The notes: generated from the sequence alone by a model not told the origin. A DNA stretch of 64,000 nt from an uncultured Actinomycetota bacterium (GCA_963737525.1 CAVTTD010000040.1:11337-75336); one strand, 5' to 3'. Counted from the first letter of the stretch, positions 53,258 to 63,157 are shown. Translations and numbers: made by a program.

Positions 53258-53662
53258 TCATCGGCGGTCTCGTCGGGTTCCTGCAGCGGCGAGATCGTCT
53301 GCGACGACCGCGGTGGGGATGTGGGTGACCGCGCGGAACCCGTCGCCGTCGGGAAGGACCTCCTGGGCGACCGAGACGAAGCGCGGACCCTGCCGCACCA
53401 GGAATCCGACGGTGTTGACCAGGTAGTCGGCGCGGACGTCCTCGGGGTCCGGCTCGTCGAAGTCGAACCAGGCGTCGCGCCAGGTCACGAGGACGAGGGG
53501 GAACTCGGGCGGTTCGGTGGGGTCCTCGACCGGCTCGGCGAGCCTCTCGGCCGGCCCGATGGCAGGCTCGTCGGGATCTCGATCCCATCCGGCGTCTCCG
53601 CCGCCGATCGGTACGACCTCCACGACCGTGCCTCCTTCGTCCGTCAAGACATCTATCGGCAA
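53258..53662 (-). CDS. Hypothetical acidic protein
   Basis: 134-aa ORF. The N-terminal half is Asp/Glu/Pro-rich and the C-terminal ~70 aa look globular (LVLVTWRDAWFDFDEP...TVGFLVRQGPRFVSVAQE). I recognise no family, and the C-terminus may be affected by an indel. Confidence 0.35.
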   Translation of the reverse strand: MPIDVLTDEGGTVVEVVPIGGGDAGWDRDPDEPAIGPAERLAEPVEDPTEPPEFPLVLVTWRDAWFDFDEPDPEDVRADYLVNTVGFLVRQGPRFVSVAQEVLPDGDGFRAVTHIPTAVVADDLAAAGTRRDRR

Positions 53663-53809
53663 GTCTGACGCAACTCGTAGCCGAAGGGGTCCGATCTCAC
53701 ACCGTCGTCCGCCGATCCGAGCCGATGGTCCTAATCAGAGGAAGGTAGTCGGCGGCGCCGACACCTCCCGCCGAGGTGTGTCACTCCCGATGGCTAGCGT
53801 CAGCCGTCC

Positions 53810-55155
53810 ATGACTCGGCCTCGGACCTTCTTCGCCTGCTCGGAGTGCCGGCAGCAGGTGGCCCAATGGGTCGGTCGATGCCCGGGCTGCGGCGCCTGGG
53901 GCACGATCGAGGGCGCCGTCGGGGAGCGGCCGGGCACCGTGTCTCCCGTCCTGACGCTCGGGGGGTGCCTCCGGGACCGAACCGCGGGTGCCGACCGGGA
54001 TCCCGGGTCTGGACCGGGTCCTCGGCGGCGGGCTCGTCCCGGCCTCGGTGGTCCTCCTCGCGGGGGAGCCGGGGATCGGCAAGTCCACGCTCGCTGCTGC
54101 AGCTGCTGTCTCGCCTCGTCCGAGTCCGGGCGGGAGTGCCTGCTCGTGTCGGGCGAGGAATCCCACGGGCAGGTCGCGGCCCGGTCGCGACGGCTCGGGC
54201 ATGGCGGGGGACGCGGTCGCGTTCGCGCCGGGCCGCGACCTGGCCACCGTGCTCGGAACGGCGCGCGCGCGCGCGCCGTTCCTCCTGGCGGTGGACTCCA
54301 TCCAGGCGGTCCGGGATCCTTCCGCCGCCCAGATGCCCGGCGGGGTCGCGCAGGTACGGAACTGCACGGACGCTCTCGTGGGCATGGCCAAGGAGGAGGG
54401 CATCGGGGTCGTCATGACCGGCCACGTCACCAAGGACGGTGACGTCGCCGGCCCTCGCGCGCTCGAGCACGCCGTGGACGTGGTGCTCATGTTCGAAGGG
54501 GACCCTCGCTCCGGCCTTCGCGTGCTCTCGGGCGGGAAGAACCGGTTCGGCGCCGAGGGGGAGACGGCGTGGTTCGAGATGGGCGCCGAGGGTCTGCGAG
54601 AGATCGATCCGGCGGGCGTGCTCCTCTCGGGGCACGGCGTGCCCCGGGTCGGCCGTCGCGCTGCCCCTGGCGGGACGCAGGGCCCTGGCCGTCGAGGTCC
54701 AGGCCCTGGTGGGATCCGTCGACGGCCCCGCGCGCCGCCAGACGACGGGGCTCGATGCTCGCCGATTCCAGCTCATGGCAGCCGTGCTCGCCCGCGCGGG
54801 CGGCTACCGCCTGGGTCGCGCCGAGCTGTTCGGAGCCTCCTCGGGAGGCATGCGGGTGGACGATCCCGCGGCCGACCTGGCCGTCGCGGCCGCGCTCGCG
54901 TCGGCGGTATCGGGCATCGCCACGCCGGAGGGAGCCGCCTTCGTGGGGGAGGTCTCGCTCACGGGGCTCGTTCGACAGGCGTCGGCGATGCCGCAGCGGC
55001 TGGCGGCCGCGGAAGCGGCCGGGTGTCGCGCCGTCTTCGCCGCCCCTGGTCCGGATACACGGCGGCACCCCGCCCTGGTCCCGGTTCGGGATGTGTCCGA
55101 GGCGCTCTCCTGGACCCACGTTCCCGCAGCCGAGGCACGGCGAAGAGCGTCCTGA
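53810..55155 (+). pseudogene. radA: DNA repair protein RadA; at least 4 frame switches
   Basis: Zinc finger FACSECRQQVAQWVGRCPGCGAWGT, GIPGLDRVLGGGLVPASVVLLAGEPGIGKSTL (Walker A), LLVSGEES..Q, KNRFG, Lon-like C-domain GEVSLTG. Fragments alternate between ORFs 53810.., 53988.. and 54439..55155. Confidence 0.8.
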
Positions 55156-55224
55156 GGCAACTTCCGATAGTCCTTTCGGACCAACCCCGAACCAAGAAAA
55201 GTGGCTCTGACCTGCACTTTTGGG

Positions 55225-55254
55225 TTGCGGGCGAGAGGTGTTCCGTGCTATCCT
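55225..55254 (+). promoter_or_regulatory. Candidate carD promoter: -35 TTGCGG, 18-nt spacer, extended -10 TGcTATCCT
   Basis: Read directly at 55225-55230 and 55246-55254. It lies about 58 nt upstream of the carD TTG start, in a locally AT-richer stretch. Confidence 0.4.
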
Positions 55255-55312
55255 CCTATCCTCGCCGGCCGCGCTTTCGGCCGGAATCCTGCTCTCGTGA
55301 AGGGGGAACCAC

Positions 55313-55828
55313 TTGCCCGCGTTCCGTAAGGGAGACACCGTCGTCCATCCCGAGCACGGGGCGGCCGTCATCGAAGAGCTGAAGGACAAGGATTTCCTCG
55401 GAGAGAAGCGAAAGTACCTCGTACTTCGCGTCGTCTACGGCGACCTGACCCTCTCGGTCCCGGTGGACTCGGCGGAGCAGGTCGGTCTCCGGCCCGTCAT
55501 CAGCAAGGCGCAGGTCAAGAAGATCCTGAAGGTGCTGACCGAGGCCGAAACCATCTCGGCCGCCAACTGGAGCCGGCGATTCAAGAACAATCTCGAGAAG
55601 CTCCACTCGGGAGATCCGTTCGAGGTCGCAGAGGTGCTTCGGAACCTCTCGATCAGAGACCGTGAGAAGGGTCTGTCTGCCGGCGAGAAGCGCATGATCC
55701 ACAAGGCGCGGCAGATCCTCATCTCGGAGCTCTCCCACGCGGCCGGCAAGTCCGAAGAGGACGCGGAGGTCATGATCGACGACGTCCTCGACGGCGCTCA
55801 CGGCGTGAAGATGGCCGCTCAGGCCTGA
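55313..55828 (+). CDS. carD: CarD-family RNA-polymerase-binding transcription regulator
   Basis: FRKGDTVVHPEHGAAVIEE...KYLVLRV (Tudor-like RID), NWSRRFKNNLEKLHSGDPFEVAEVLRNL. TTG start with a GAAGGGGGA SD. Confidence 0.9.
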   Translation: MPAFRKGDTVVHPEHGAAVIEELKDKDFLGEKRKYLVLRVVYGDLTLSVPVDSAEQVGLRPVISKAQVKKILKVLTEAETISAANWSRRFKNNLEKLHSGDPFEVAEVLRNLSIRDREKGLSAGEKRMIHKARQILISELSHAAGKSEEDAEVMIDDVLDGAHGVKMAAQA

Positions 55829-55944
55829 CGCAGCCCCGCGCCCGCCTTTCTCAGCAGGAACTCAGGAGCGGTCCGCCATGCGCCGATGACCCTGAAGGGC
55901 GCCGCGAGCGCCTTCGATCGAGCTTTCCGAGGCGGGGTGAGCAC

Positions 55945-57039
55945 GTGAGTGAGAACGAGAAGGGGCGTGGGAGGGGCGACGTCCGCGGGCGTGTCGCCGG
56001 CGGCATCCGCCTCATCTTCGTCGCCCTGATCGCGACCGCCGGCGCCCGGATCGGCGAAGCCACCGGGACGACCAGCACGAGTCGCGCGCTCCTGTTCGTC
56101 TTCCTCGGCGCCGGGGTCGGCTATCTCGTGGGTGGGGTGTTCGCGCGCCTCACGCTCCAGGCGGTGCACGGCCTCGAGACCGAGCTCGGTAAGAAACCGC
56201 CCGCGGTCTTGGCGGGCGGGGTCGTGGGACTCGTCGTGGGATTGCTCGTGTCCGCGTTGATGATGGTGCCCCTGCTGTTCCTGCCGGCGTCCGCCTCCTG
56301 GCCGGCCATCGTGTTCCTGTACCTCACGTTCGGGACGGTGGGGTATCGGCTGGGGCAGACGAAGTACGAGGACATCTTCGGCCTCGTCGGGATCAAGCCG
56401 AGGGCCGCAGGCGTGACGCGGGGCGACCTCCACGTCCTCGACACGAGCGCCCTGATCGATGGCCGGGTCGCCGACCTGGTCGCGACCGGCTTCGTCGGCG
56501 GCACGATCCTGCTGCACGAAGGGGTGCTCCGCGAGCTCCAGGCGATCTCCGACTCCTCGGATCCGCACCGCCGCTCGCGCGGCCGGCGCGGTCTCGACGT
56601 GCTCGTGGAGCTCCAGAAGGCTCCGACCGTGCAGTTCCAGCTGGTTGAGGAGACGGGTGTGATCGATGTGGACGCCGCGCTCGTGCGCCTCGCGCGCGAG
56701 CGCGGCGCGCAGCTGATCACCGTCGATCACAACATGGCGAAGGTCGCGGAAGCACTCCGCGTTCCCGTCGCGCAGATCAACGCCCTCGCTTCCCGCTTCC
56801 GCGTTCCCTACACGGCCGGCGACGAGATCTCCGTCCGGGTGGTGAAGGAAGGCCGCGAACACGGACAGGCGGTCGCCTACCTCGACGACGGGACGATGGT
56901 CGTCGTCGAGCAAGCGGCCGAACGGATCGGCTCCCAGGTGGAGGTTCGGGTCACGAACGTGATCCAGACCACCACGGGCCGCATGATCTTCGCTGCGCCC
57001 ACGGGCGAGGCGCCCGCCACGGCCGGCGCCGGCGCCTGA
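55945..57039 (+). CDS. PIN + TRAM domain membrane protein (YacL-like)
   Basis: Four N-terminal TM helices, PIN (LHVLDTSALIDGR...LITVDHNMAKVA), TRAM (ISVRVVKEGREHGQAVAYLDDGTMVVV). Position between carD and ispD. Confidence 0.8.
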   Translation: MSENEKGRGRGDVRGRVAGGIRLIFVALIATAGARIGEATGTTSTSRALLFVFLGAGVGYLVGGVFARLTLQAVHGLETELGKKPPAVLAGGVVGLVVGLLVSALMMVPLLFLPASASWPAIVFLYLTFGTVGYRLGQTKYEDIFGLVGIKPRAAGVTRGDLHVLDTSALIDGRVADLVATGFVGGTILLHEGVLRELQAISDSSDPHRRSRGRRGLDVLVELQKAPTVQFQLVEETGVIDVDAALVRLARERGAQLITVDHNMAKVAEALRVPVAQINALASRFRVPYTAGDEISVRVVKEGREHGQAVAYLDDGTMVVVEQAAERIGSQVEVRVTNVIQTTTGRMIFAAPTGEAPATAGAGA

Positions 57040-57066
57040 GCTGTCTCGGTCTGCGATGCTTCGAAC

Positions 57067-57759
57067 GTGGAGCCCGATGGCGCGATCGTGATCTTGCTGG
57101 CCGCCGGCGTAGGCCGTCGGATGGGCGCCGCGGAACCCAAGGCGCTGCTCCCGATCGGCGGCCGGCCGATGCTCTCGGTCGCCGCCGCCGGTGCCGCCGC
57201 GTCCCCCTCGGTCGGTGGGCTCGTCGTGGCGTTCCCGCCGGGCTGGGAAGGACGCGCTCGCGCGTGTGTGGAGGACCTCGAGGTCTCCGCTCGATTCGTC
57301 GAAGGCGGGGACTCGCGTCAGGCCTCGGTGCGAGCGGCTCTGGCGCAGGTGCCGGAGCAGATCGATGTCGTCGCCGTCCACGACGCCGCCCGACCCTTCG
57401 CGTCTCCGGAGCTCTTCGCGCGCGTCATCCAGGCGGTGGCGGACGGTGCCGACGGCGTGGTTCCCGTGCTCGCGGTGACCGACACCGTCCTCCGGGTCCA
57501 TGCGGACCTCGTCGAAGGCGCGGAGGGGCGGGAGGAGTTGGCTCTGGGACAGACGCCGCAAGCGTTCCGGACCTCGTTCCTCCGAGAAGCGCACGCGAAG
57601 GCCGAGGCGGCCGGCGCGTCGTTCACCGACGACGCCTCGGCGTTCAGATGGGCCGGCTTCGAGGTTCGGGCGATCACCGGCGACCCCGCCAACGTCAAGA
57701 TCACCACGCTCGCCGATCTGGCACACGCGGATCGACGGATGGGCGGTGGCGGTGGCTGA
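57067..57759 (+). CDS. ispD: 2-C-methyl-D-erythritol 4-phosphate cytidylyltransferase
   Basis: ILLAAGVGRRMG...PKALL, VHDAARPF, QTPQAF, TDDAS. Confidence 0.9.
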   Translation: MEPDGAIVILLAAGVGRRMGAAEPKALLPIGGRPMLSVAAAGAAASPSVGGLVVAFPPGWEGRARACVEDLEVSARFVEGGDSRQASVRAALAQVPEQIDVVAVHDAARPFASPELFARVIQAVADGADGVVPVLAVTDTVLRVHADLVEGAEGREELALGQTPQAFRTSFLREAHAKAEAAGASFTDDASAFRWAGFEVRAITGDPANVKITTLADLAHADRRMGGGGG

Positions 57760-58222
57760 ATCCTCGGTGGGCTTGGGTTTCGACGTGCACCCGTTCGGCG
57801 CGGGCCGAGAGCTGTGGCTCGGCGGGTTGTTGTTCCAAAGGGAGGACGGCCTGTCGGGGCACTCCGACGGCGACGTCGTGTGTCACGCCGTCGCCGACGC
57901 CCTTCTCGGGGCGATCGCGATGGGAGACATCGGCGAGCATTTCCCGGAGACGGCGCCGGAGACGGCGGGCATCGCGGGGAGCGAGCTCCTGGGCCGCACC
58001 GTACGCATCCTCTCGGACCTGGGTCGCGCGCCCGTGTCGATGGATGTCACCGTCGTGTGCGACCGACCGCAGATCGCGCCGAGGCGGGACGAGATGCGCG
58101 ACCGGCTCGCCGCGATCGCGGGGATCCCGGTCGATCGCGTCTCGGTGAAGGCGACACGGCCGGAGGGACTCGGTCTCGTCGGTGACGGCATCGGGTGCCT
58201 CGCGCTCGCGGTGGTCCGGTGA
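57746..58222 (+). CDS. ispF: 2-C-methyl-D-erythritol 2,4-cyclodiphosphate synthase
   Basis: GLGFDVHPF, GHSDGDVVCHAVADALLGA, GDIGEHFP, KATRPEGLG. GTG 57746 or 57752, overlapping the ispD end. Confidence 0.9.
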   Translation: MAVAESSVGLGFDVHPFGAGRELWLGGLLFQREDGLSGHSDGDVVCHAVADALLGAIAMGDIGEHFPETAPETAGIAGSELLGRTVRILSDLGRAPVSMDVTVVCDRPQIAPRRDEMRDRLAAIAGIPVDRVSVKATRPEGLGLVGDGIGCLALAVVR

Positions 58223-58983
58223 GCGACGAGCTCCTCACCGGGCGACGGGCCGTCGTCGAGGCGCTGCGCGCCGGCCAGGTGAGAGAGGTGCTCGTGGCCA
58301 CCGGCGCGCGTGACACGCAAGGGCTGCGGGCGGTCCGCGAGGCGGCCCGCGCGGCCAAGGTGCCCGTCCGCGCGACGGATCGGCGGGAGTTGGACGGTCT
58401 GGCCCACGATCATCGTGGGGTCGTCGCGCGGACGGTGAGCGGCCGCGCGGGCCGCACCCAGATGGGCGAACGAGACCTCGCCACCTTCCCGTTCGGGCCC
58501 GATGCGATCGTGGTGGTGCTCGACGGGATCACGGATCCGCAGAACCTCGGGGCCGCGGCGCGGACGGCCGAGGCCGTCGGCGCCGCAGCCCTGGTGACGC
58601 GCGCCCGGCGCGCGGCAGGTGTCACGCCCGCCGCCGTGCGCGCGTCCGCCGGAGCGTTGGAGCACCTGCCGCACGCCGTCGTCGCCAACATCGCCCGCGC
58701 GCTCGCCCGGCTGCAGGAGGCCGGCTTCTCCGTGGTCGGCCTGGACGAGGGCGCCCCCGGCACGATCTTCGATGAAGCGTGTCCGGATGGCCGCGTGGCC
58801 GTGGTGATCGGCTCGGAGGGCGAAGGCTTGTCGAGGCTGGTCCGAGAACACTGCGACCTGTTGGTGGCGCTCCCGACGAAGGGGCGTGTGGGGTCTCTGA
58901 ACGCCTCGGCGGCCCTCGCCGCCGCTCTGTACGGGTTCGTCCTTCCGGCTCGAGTCGTTGCCTCGCCCCAGGGGCGTGGCTAG
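58219..58983 (+). CDS. TrmH/SpoU-family RNA 2'-O-methyltransferase (RlmB-like)
   Basis: VVLDGITDPQNLGAAART, VVIGSEGEGLSRLV, IPTKG-like LPTKGRVGSLNASAA. GTGA overlap with ispF. Confidence 0.8.
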   Translation: MSDELLTGRRAVVEALRAGQVREVLVATGARDTQGLRAVREAARAAKVPVRATDRRELDGLAHDHRGVVARTVSGRAGRTQMGERDLATFPFGPDAIVVVLDGITDPQNLGAAARTAEAVGAAALVTRARRAAGVTPAAVRASAGALEHLPHAVVANIARALARLQEAGFSVVGLDEGAPGTIFDEACPDGRVAVVIGSEGEGLSRLVREHCDLLVALPTKGRVGSLNASAALAAALYGFVLPARVVASPQGRG

Positions 58984-59015
58984 GCTCGATCCTGCCGGAC
59001 TCGCCGGCACCACCC

Positions 59016-59477
59016 ATGACATCTCTGCCACCCCCTCCCGCGGATCCCTACAGCGGCCTCCCGACGCCGAAGCCGCTGGCGGTGCCCGTGCGACGGCCCG
59101 GGCCGGTCACGGGCGCCGCCGGGGTCCTGCTGGTCGCCGGGGCGCTCTCGCTCGGCATCGGGCTGATGGGGGTGACCGGAGACCGGGTCAACATCGACCT
59201 CCCCTTCCTGGAAGGGGACTCCGCGGAGCGCGCCGCGGCGTTCTGGCTCGTGATCCAGGGGAGTCTCGCGCTCGTAGCCGGCTGGCTCGTCCTTCGGCTG
59301 CGGCCCGCGGGGCGGGTCCTCGGGATCGTGCTCGCCGTGCTGGGGATCCTGACCGGATTGGCGCAGCTCCGGAGCTCCGGAAGCTCGGGTCTGCTCGGCC
59401 TGGCGCTGGACTCCTTCGTGCTCTACGCGCTCTTCACGTACGGGTTCGTGTTCAAGACCGAGCAGTCACCCCGATAG
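59016..59477 (+). CDS. Membrane protein (Pro-rich N-terminus, 4 TM helices), unknown function
   Basis: ATG 59016 within ORF 58779..59477. Hydrophobic segments AAGVLLVAGALSLGIGLMGV, FWLVIQGSLALVAGWLVL, VLGIVLAVLGILTGL, LDSFVLYALFTYGFVF. Confidence 0.5.
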   Translation: MTSLPPPPADPYSGLPTPKPLAVPVRRPGPVTGAAGVLLVAGALSLGIGLMGVTGDRVNIDLPFLEGDSAERAAAFWLVIQGSLALVAGWLVLRLRPAGRVLGIVLAVLGILTGLAQLRSSGSSGLLGLALDSFVLYALFTYGFVFKTEQSPR

Positions 59478-59488
59478 ACTCAGACGCG

Positions 59489-59561
59489 GCCGGCGTGGCG
59501 CAGCTGGTAGCGCAAGCGATTTGTAATCGCTAGGTCGTCGGTTCGAGTCCGACCGCCGGCT
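59489..59561 (+). tRNA. tRNA-Thr (anticodon TGT)
   Basis: Cloverleaf by hand: acceptor GCCGGCG/CGCCGGC, D arm GCGC-AGCTGGTA-GCGC, anticodon arm AGCGA-TTTGTAA-TCGCT, T arm GTCGG-TTCGAGT-CCGAC. Confidence 0.9.
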
Positions 59562-59598
59562 CCGAACGAGGGATCCCGCTCGCGGATCCGGACGAGCG

Positions 59599-61824
59599 CT
59601 ACGAACCGGGGAGGAACACGTGGAACGACGCCCCGCCGCCCTCGCGTTCCTCGGCCCAGGCATTGCCTCCGTGCAGCTCCGCGAAGCGACGCACGAGAGA
59701 CAGTCCGATGCCCACCCCGGGCGCGTGCACCGAGGAGGACCCCGGCGCCTGCCGGAAGGGCTCGAAGATCGCCTCGTGAAGCTCCGCCGGCACGCCCGGA
59801 CCGTCGTCTTCCACGATGAACAGCGCGCCCTTGTCCTGCACCAGGGCGCGTACCCAGATCTTCGCGTCCTTGGGGGTGTGTCGCAGGCTGTTCGACAGGA
59901 GGTTCTCGAGGATCCGCTCCGTCTTGGCCTGGTCGATCTGCACGCTTCCCGGTTGGATGTCCAGCTCGATCCTCCGACCCTTGGTATCCATCTCCGACAC
60001 GGCCCGCAGGACGAAGTCCTCGAGGTCGGTCGCGCGCCGGTTGGGTGACACGATCCCGCGCTGCAGGCGATCGAGGTCGAGGAGGTCCGAGAGGAGTCGC
60101 TCGAGCTTCCTGGCGTTGGAGGCGATCCTTCCCACCATGTCGAGTGCGTCTTCAGCGGGCAGGTCGAGCTTCGTGCGCTCGAGCGTGAGGGCCGAGCCGA
60201 GGATCGACGTGAGCGGTGTGCGGAGGTCGTGGGAAACGGCCTCCAGGAAGGTGTTCTTCATCTCATCGAGCATGCGGAGACGTTGCGCGGCCTCTCGTTC
60301 CCGCTTGAACGCGTCGGAGTACTTCCGTTCGCTCGCCCGCAGTGCTCGCTCGGCCGACTTGCGTTCGGTGATGTCGACCATGAGTCCTCGCAGGATCGTG
60401 GGTGCGCCTCCACGGCCTCGGATCACGTGGATCAGGTCACGGATCCATCGCGGCGACTCGTCGTCGCCCAGCACTCGATACTCGAGCGCCTCGCCCACGC
60501 CGCTCTCGATCGCGCGTCGGAGTCCGGCCATCGCCTCGTCGTGATCCCGCTCGTCGATATGGGATCCCCAGGCACGAGCATCGTCGGGCCACGACGCCGT
60601 ATCGCCGCCCAGCAGATCGTGCACGGCGCCCCCCACGAACGTGAACACCAGGCCGGGGAGTGATGCCTCCCAGAACGCTGCGTCCAGTCCCGCGACGAGC
60701 TCATGGAACCGTTCGAGCTCGGACATCCGCCTCGCATTGCCGAGCGCGAGCGACGTGAGGTCGGCGACGCCGCGGATCAGCCGGAACTCGCGCTCGGTGA
60801 AGACCCCGTCACCCTCGTGTCCGACCACGGCGATCGTCCCGGCTCCGTCGGGCTCCCACGTCACGGGTGCCACCAGCACCTCACGCGGCTCTTCCGAGAT
60901 GAGGTAGTCCTGGTCCTTGCTGAGCGGGGAGTCTCGAGGGATGACCAAGGGCTCGTCGTTGTCGAACACGACCGTCGTCGCGACGGACTCGGGGACGTCG
61001 CCGATCTCGTGCCACGGGCGGATCGCGTCGGGATCGAGCGTGAGGAGCCGCGCCAGTCGGAAGTCACCGGAGTGTTCATCCCGCACGTGGAACGAGACGG
61101 CCGCCGCATCGATGAGCGAGGAGACGGTCTCGATCGCCCCTTGCAAGATGTCGCCGACCGATCGGAGCTGGGTGAGACGCTTCGACAGTCCGAGGAGGGC
61201 CGACGAGGTCTCCGCCGCCTCGCGCTCGGCGTGCAAGAGCTTCGCGTTGGAGATCGCGATCGCGGCATGTGATGCCAACACTTCGAGGAGACGCTGATCC
61301 TCCTCGTCGAAGGCGCCGTAGCCGAGGCTCGACAGGACGATCACGCCCTGGACCGCCTCACCGACCGTCATGGGGACGGCCAGCATCGATTCGAGGATGT
61401 CCTCGGTGTCGGGGATCTGGACAGCGAACGGGACGAGCCTCGCGTCCGGGGCCAGGACGGAGGTCCGATGCTCGGCCACCCATCCGGTGATGCCTTCACC
61501 GACATGGGTGATCAGCTCTTCCAACGTCTCGTGCTCGTATTCGTAGAAGATCTCGCCGCGGAACGCGATGGGCATCAACGTCCATCCGTCGTCCTGCAAC
61601 ACGTAGACGCGGCAGTTGTGGTAGTCGAGGATCGTCCGAAGCTCCTCGGTGATCGCCGCGGCGATCTCCGAGACGTCGTCCAGGCTCGTCAGCGCGGCGG
61701 CCATGCTGTGGAGCATGTTGAGCTGCGCCACGAAGCGGAGATCAGCCGCCGGGGCGGCTCGCTCTTCGACCTCTTCACCGTGCGCCATGAACCCGGGCCT
61801 TCCTGAACCCTCCCATCCTGCCAT
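59599..61824 (-). CDS. Cytoplasmic sensor histidine kinase (GAF-GAF-PAS-HisKA-HATPase)
   Basis: H-box FLEAVSHDLRTPLTSI, N-box ILENLLSNSLRHTP, G1 VEDDGPGVP, G2 GVGIGLSLVRRFAELHGG. Two GAF-like regions and a PAS-like region precede these. No TM segments. Intact 741-aa ORF with no adjacent cognate regulator. Confidence 0.8.
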   Translation of the reverse strand: MAGWEGSGRPGFMAHGEEVEERAAPAADLRFVAQLNMLHSMAAALTSLDDVSEIAAAITEELRTILDYHNCRVYVLQDDGWTLMPIAFRGEIFYEYEHETLEELITHVGEGITGWVAEHRTSVLAPDARLVPFAVQIPDTEDILESMLAVPMTVGEAVQGVIVLSSLGYGAFDEEDQRLLEVLASHAAIAISNAKLLHAEREAAETSSALLGLSKRLTQLRSVGDILQGAIETVSSLIDAAAVSFHVRDEHSGDFRLARLLTLDPDAIRPWHEIGDVPESVATTVVFDNDEPLVIPRDSPLSKDQDYLISEEPREVLVAPVTWEPDGAGTIAVVGHEGDGVFTEREFRLIRGVADLTSLALGNARRMSELERFHELVAGLDAAFWEASLPGLVFTFVGGAVHDLLGGDTASWPDDARAWGSHIDERDHDEAMAGLRRAIESGVGEALEYRVLGDDESPRWIRDLIHVIRGRGGAPTILRGLMVDITERKSAERALRASERKYSDAFKREREAAQRLRMLDEMKNTFLEAVSHDLRTPLTSILGSALTLERTKLDLPAEDALDMVGRIASNARKLERLLSDLLDLDRLQRGIVSPNRRATDLEDFVLRAVSEMDTKGRRIELDIQPGSVQIDQAKTERILENLLSNSLRHTPKDAKIWVRALVQDKGALFIVEDDGPGVPAELHEAIFEPFRQAPGSSSVHAPGVGIGLSLVRRFAELHGGNAWAEEREGGGASFHVFLPGS

Positions 61825-61891
61825 CTCCTCAAGGTTTCGGGACGCCAGGACCAGTGCTTGAACGGCGCTGCGCGCGAGCTACCCTCGCCGC

Positions 61892-62176
61892 ATGGGTGCG
61901 AGCCGGCGGAAAACGCACACGAGGTCCGACCTGGATCAGAGATCGAGGGAGGTCTTGGACTTCGAACGGGAGGCGTGGAAGCTGTCGGTGACGAAGGAGC
62001 GCGCGATCCGCGAGCGGTTCGGCTTCTCACCCTCGCGCTACCACCAGCTCCTGCACAAGGTCATCGACCGGCCGGAGGCCCTCGTGTACGACCCGATGCT
62101 CGTTCGCCGATTGCGCAGGGTCAGAGAGGTGAGGCGGCGCGCCAGGACGGCCTCGGGGCTGGGCGTACGGGTCTGA
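61892..62176 (+). CDS. DUF3263-family small protein
   Basis: LDFEREAWKL...KERAIRERFGFSPSRYHQLLHKVIDRPEALVYDPMLVRRLRR is the pattern I recognise as actinobacterial DUF3263. Confidence 0.7.
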   Translation: MGASRRKTHTRSDLDQRSREVLDFEREAWKLSVTKERAIRERFGFSPSRYHQLLHKVIDRPEALVYDPMLVRRLRRVREVRRRARTASGLGVRV

Positions 62177-62211
62177 GCCGGCGAGAGGAGATTCGCCGCT
62201 AGGATGGACCC

Positions 62212-62712
62212 GTGAATCCGGGTATCTCTCGGCTCGTCATCGTGGTCGCTCTCGTCATCGGGGGTGTCGCACTTCTCGCCAACGGATTCTCCGACGGCGA
62301 AACCGTGGCCGCGCCACGAGACTCGTCCTCACCGTCCCCTTCCGAGAGTCCCTCGCCCTCACGCTCTCCCTCGCAGTCGATCGTCCCGAACCAGGACGGG
62401 GTGCTGGTCCAGGTTCTGAACGGGACCTCGAAGGCCGGATACGCGGGGGACTTCCAGATCCTGCTGGAGCAGGAGGGCTACTTGCGAGCCGGGGAGCCGG
62501 CGGACGCGCCGGACAAGCCGGTCGTCGACTCGGTCGTGTACTTCCGCAAGGACGACCACAGGGCCCAGAACGAGGCGGACGCCCAACTGCTTTCGAAGAC
62601 CTACCTCGGCAACGTGCCCGTCAAGCCGCTTCCTGCTGACTTGGCGGATCTGGTCTCGGAATCGGCGGACGTCGTGGTGGTGCTGGGCGAGGATCAGGCC
62701 GGCGCGGGCTGA
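62212..62712 (+). CDS. LytR_C-domain membrane-anchored protein
   Basis: N-terminal TM LVIVVALVIGGVALLA, Ser/Pro linker, VLVQVLNGTSKAGYAG...VVYFRKDD (LytR C-terminal domain pattern). Usual neighbour of DUF3263. Confidence 0.65.
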   Translation: MNPGISRLVIVVALVIGGVALLANGFSDGETVAAPRDSSSPSPSESPSPSRSPSQSIVPNQDGVLVQVLNGTSKAGYAGDFQILLEQEGYLRAGEPADAPDKPVVDSVVYFRKDDHRAQNEADAQLLSKTYLGNVPVKPLPADLADLVSESADVVVVLGEDQAGAG

Positions 62713-62719
62713 CGTCGGG

Positions 62720-63097
62720 TCAGCTTGGAGCGTCCGTCGCCAGCAGCGAGTCGACCATCTCGCAGAGCTCGCTCGGGAGGAACGGCTTCGTCAGGAACGC
62801 CGCGGCGCCCAGCCCATGGGAGCGCTCCCGATCCGCGCGGAGGGACTTCGCCGTGAGCACGAGGACCGGGATGCTCGAGGTCGCCTCGTCTTCTTGAAGG
62901 GCCTCGAGGACGTCGTACCCGGTAACCCCCGGCATCATCAGGTCCAGCACGATCGCGTCCGGGTGCCCTTCGCGGGCGAGTTCCAGCGCGCGGCCCCCTT
63001 CTGACGCCTCGAGCATCTCGTGCCCTCGTTGCTGCAGGTTGAGCCTGCACAGGAGGAGGACGTCGGGCTCGTCATCGACGATCAGCACCCGTCCCAT
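62720..63097 (-). CDS. Single-domain response regulator (receiver only)
   Basis: VLIVDDEPDV, IVLDLMMPGVTG, VLVLTAK, FLTKPF. ATG 63097 with GAAGGAGGA 8 nt upstream. Confidence 0.8.
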   Translation of the reverse strand: MGRVLIVDDEPDVLLLCRLNLQQRGHEMLEASEGGRALELAREGHPDAIVLDLMMPGVTGYDVLEALQEDEATSSIPVLVLTAKSLRADRERSHGLGAAAFLTKPFLPSELCEMVDSLLATDAPS

Positions 63098-63140
63098 CCG
63101 ATCTGTCCTCCTTCTGGGGGTAGCCCACTCCACCTACATT

Positions 63141-63157
63141 CGATGATGGAATCATCG
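63141..63157. promoter_or_regulatory. AT-rich palindrome CGATGAT-GGA-ATCATCG in the divergent receiver/Rrf2 intergenic region (candidate Rrf2 operator)
   Basis: Perfect 7-nt inverted arms read directly. It is locally AT-rich in a GC-rich genome. It lies 44 nt from the receiver start and 110 nt from the Rrf2 start. Confidence 0.35.
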
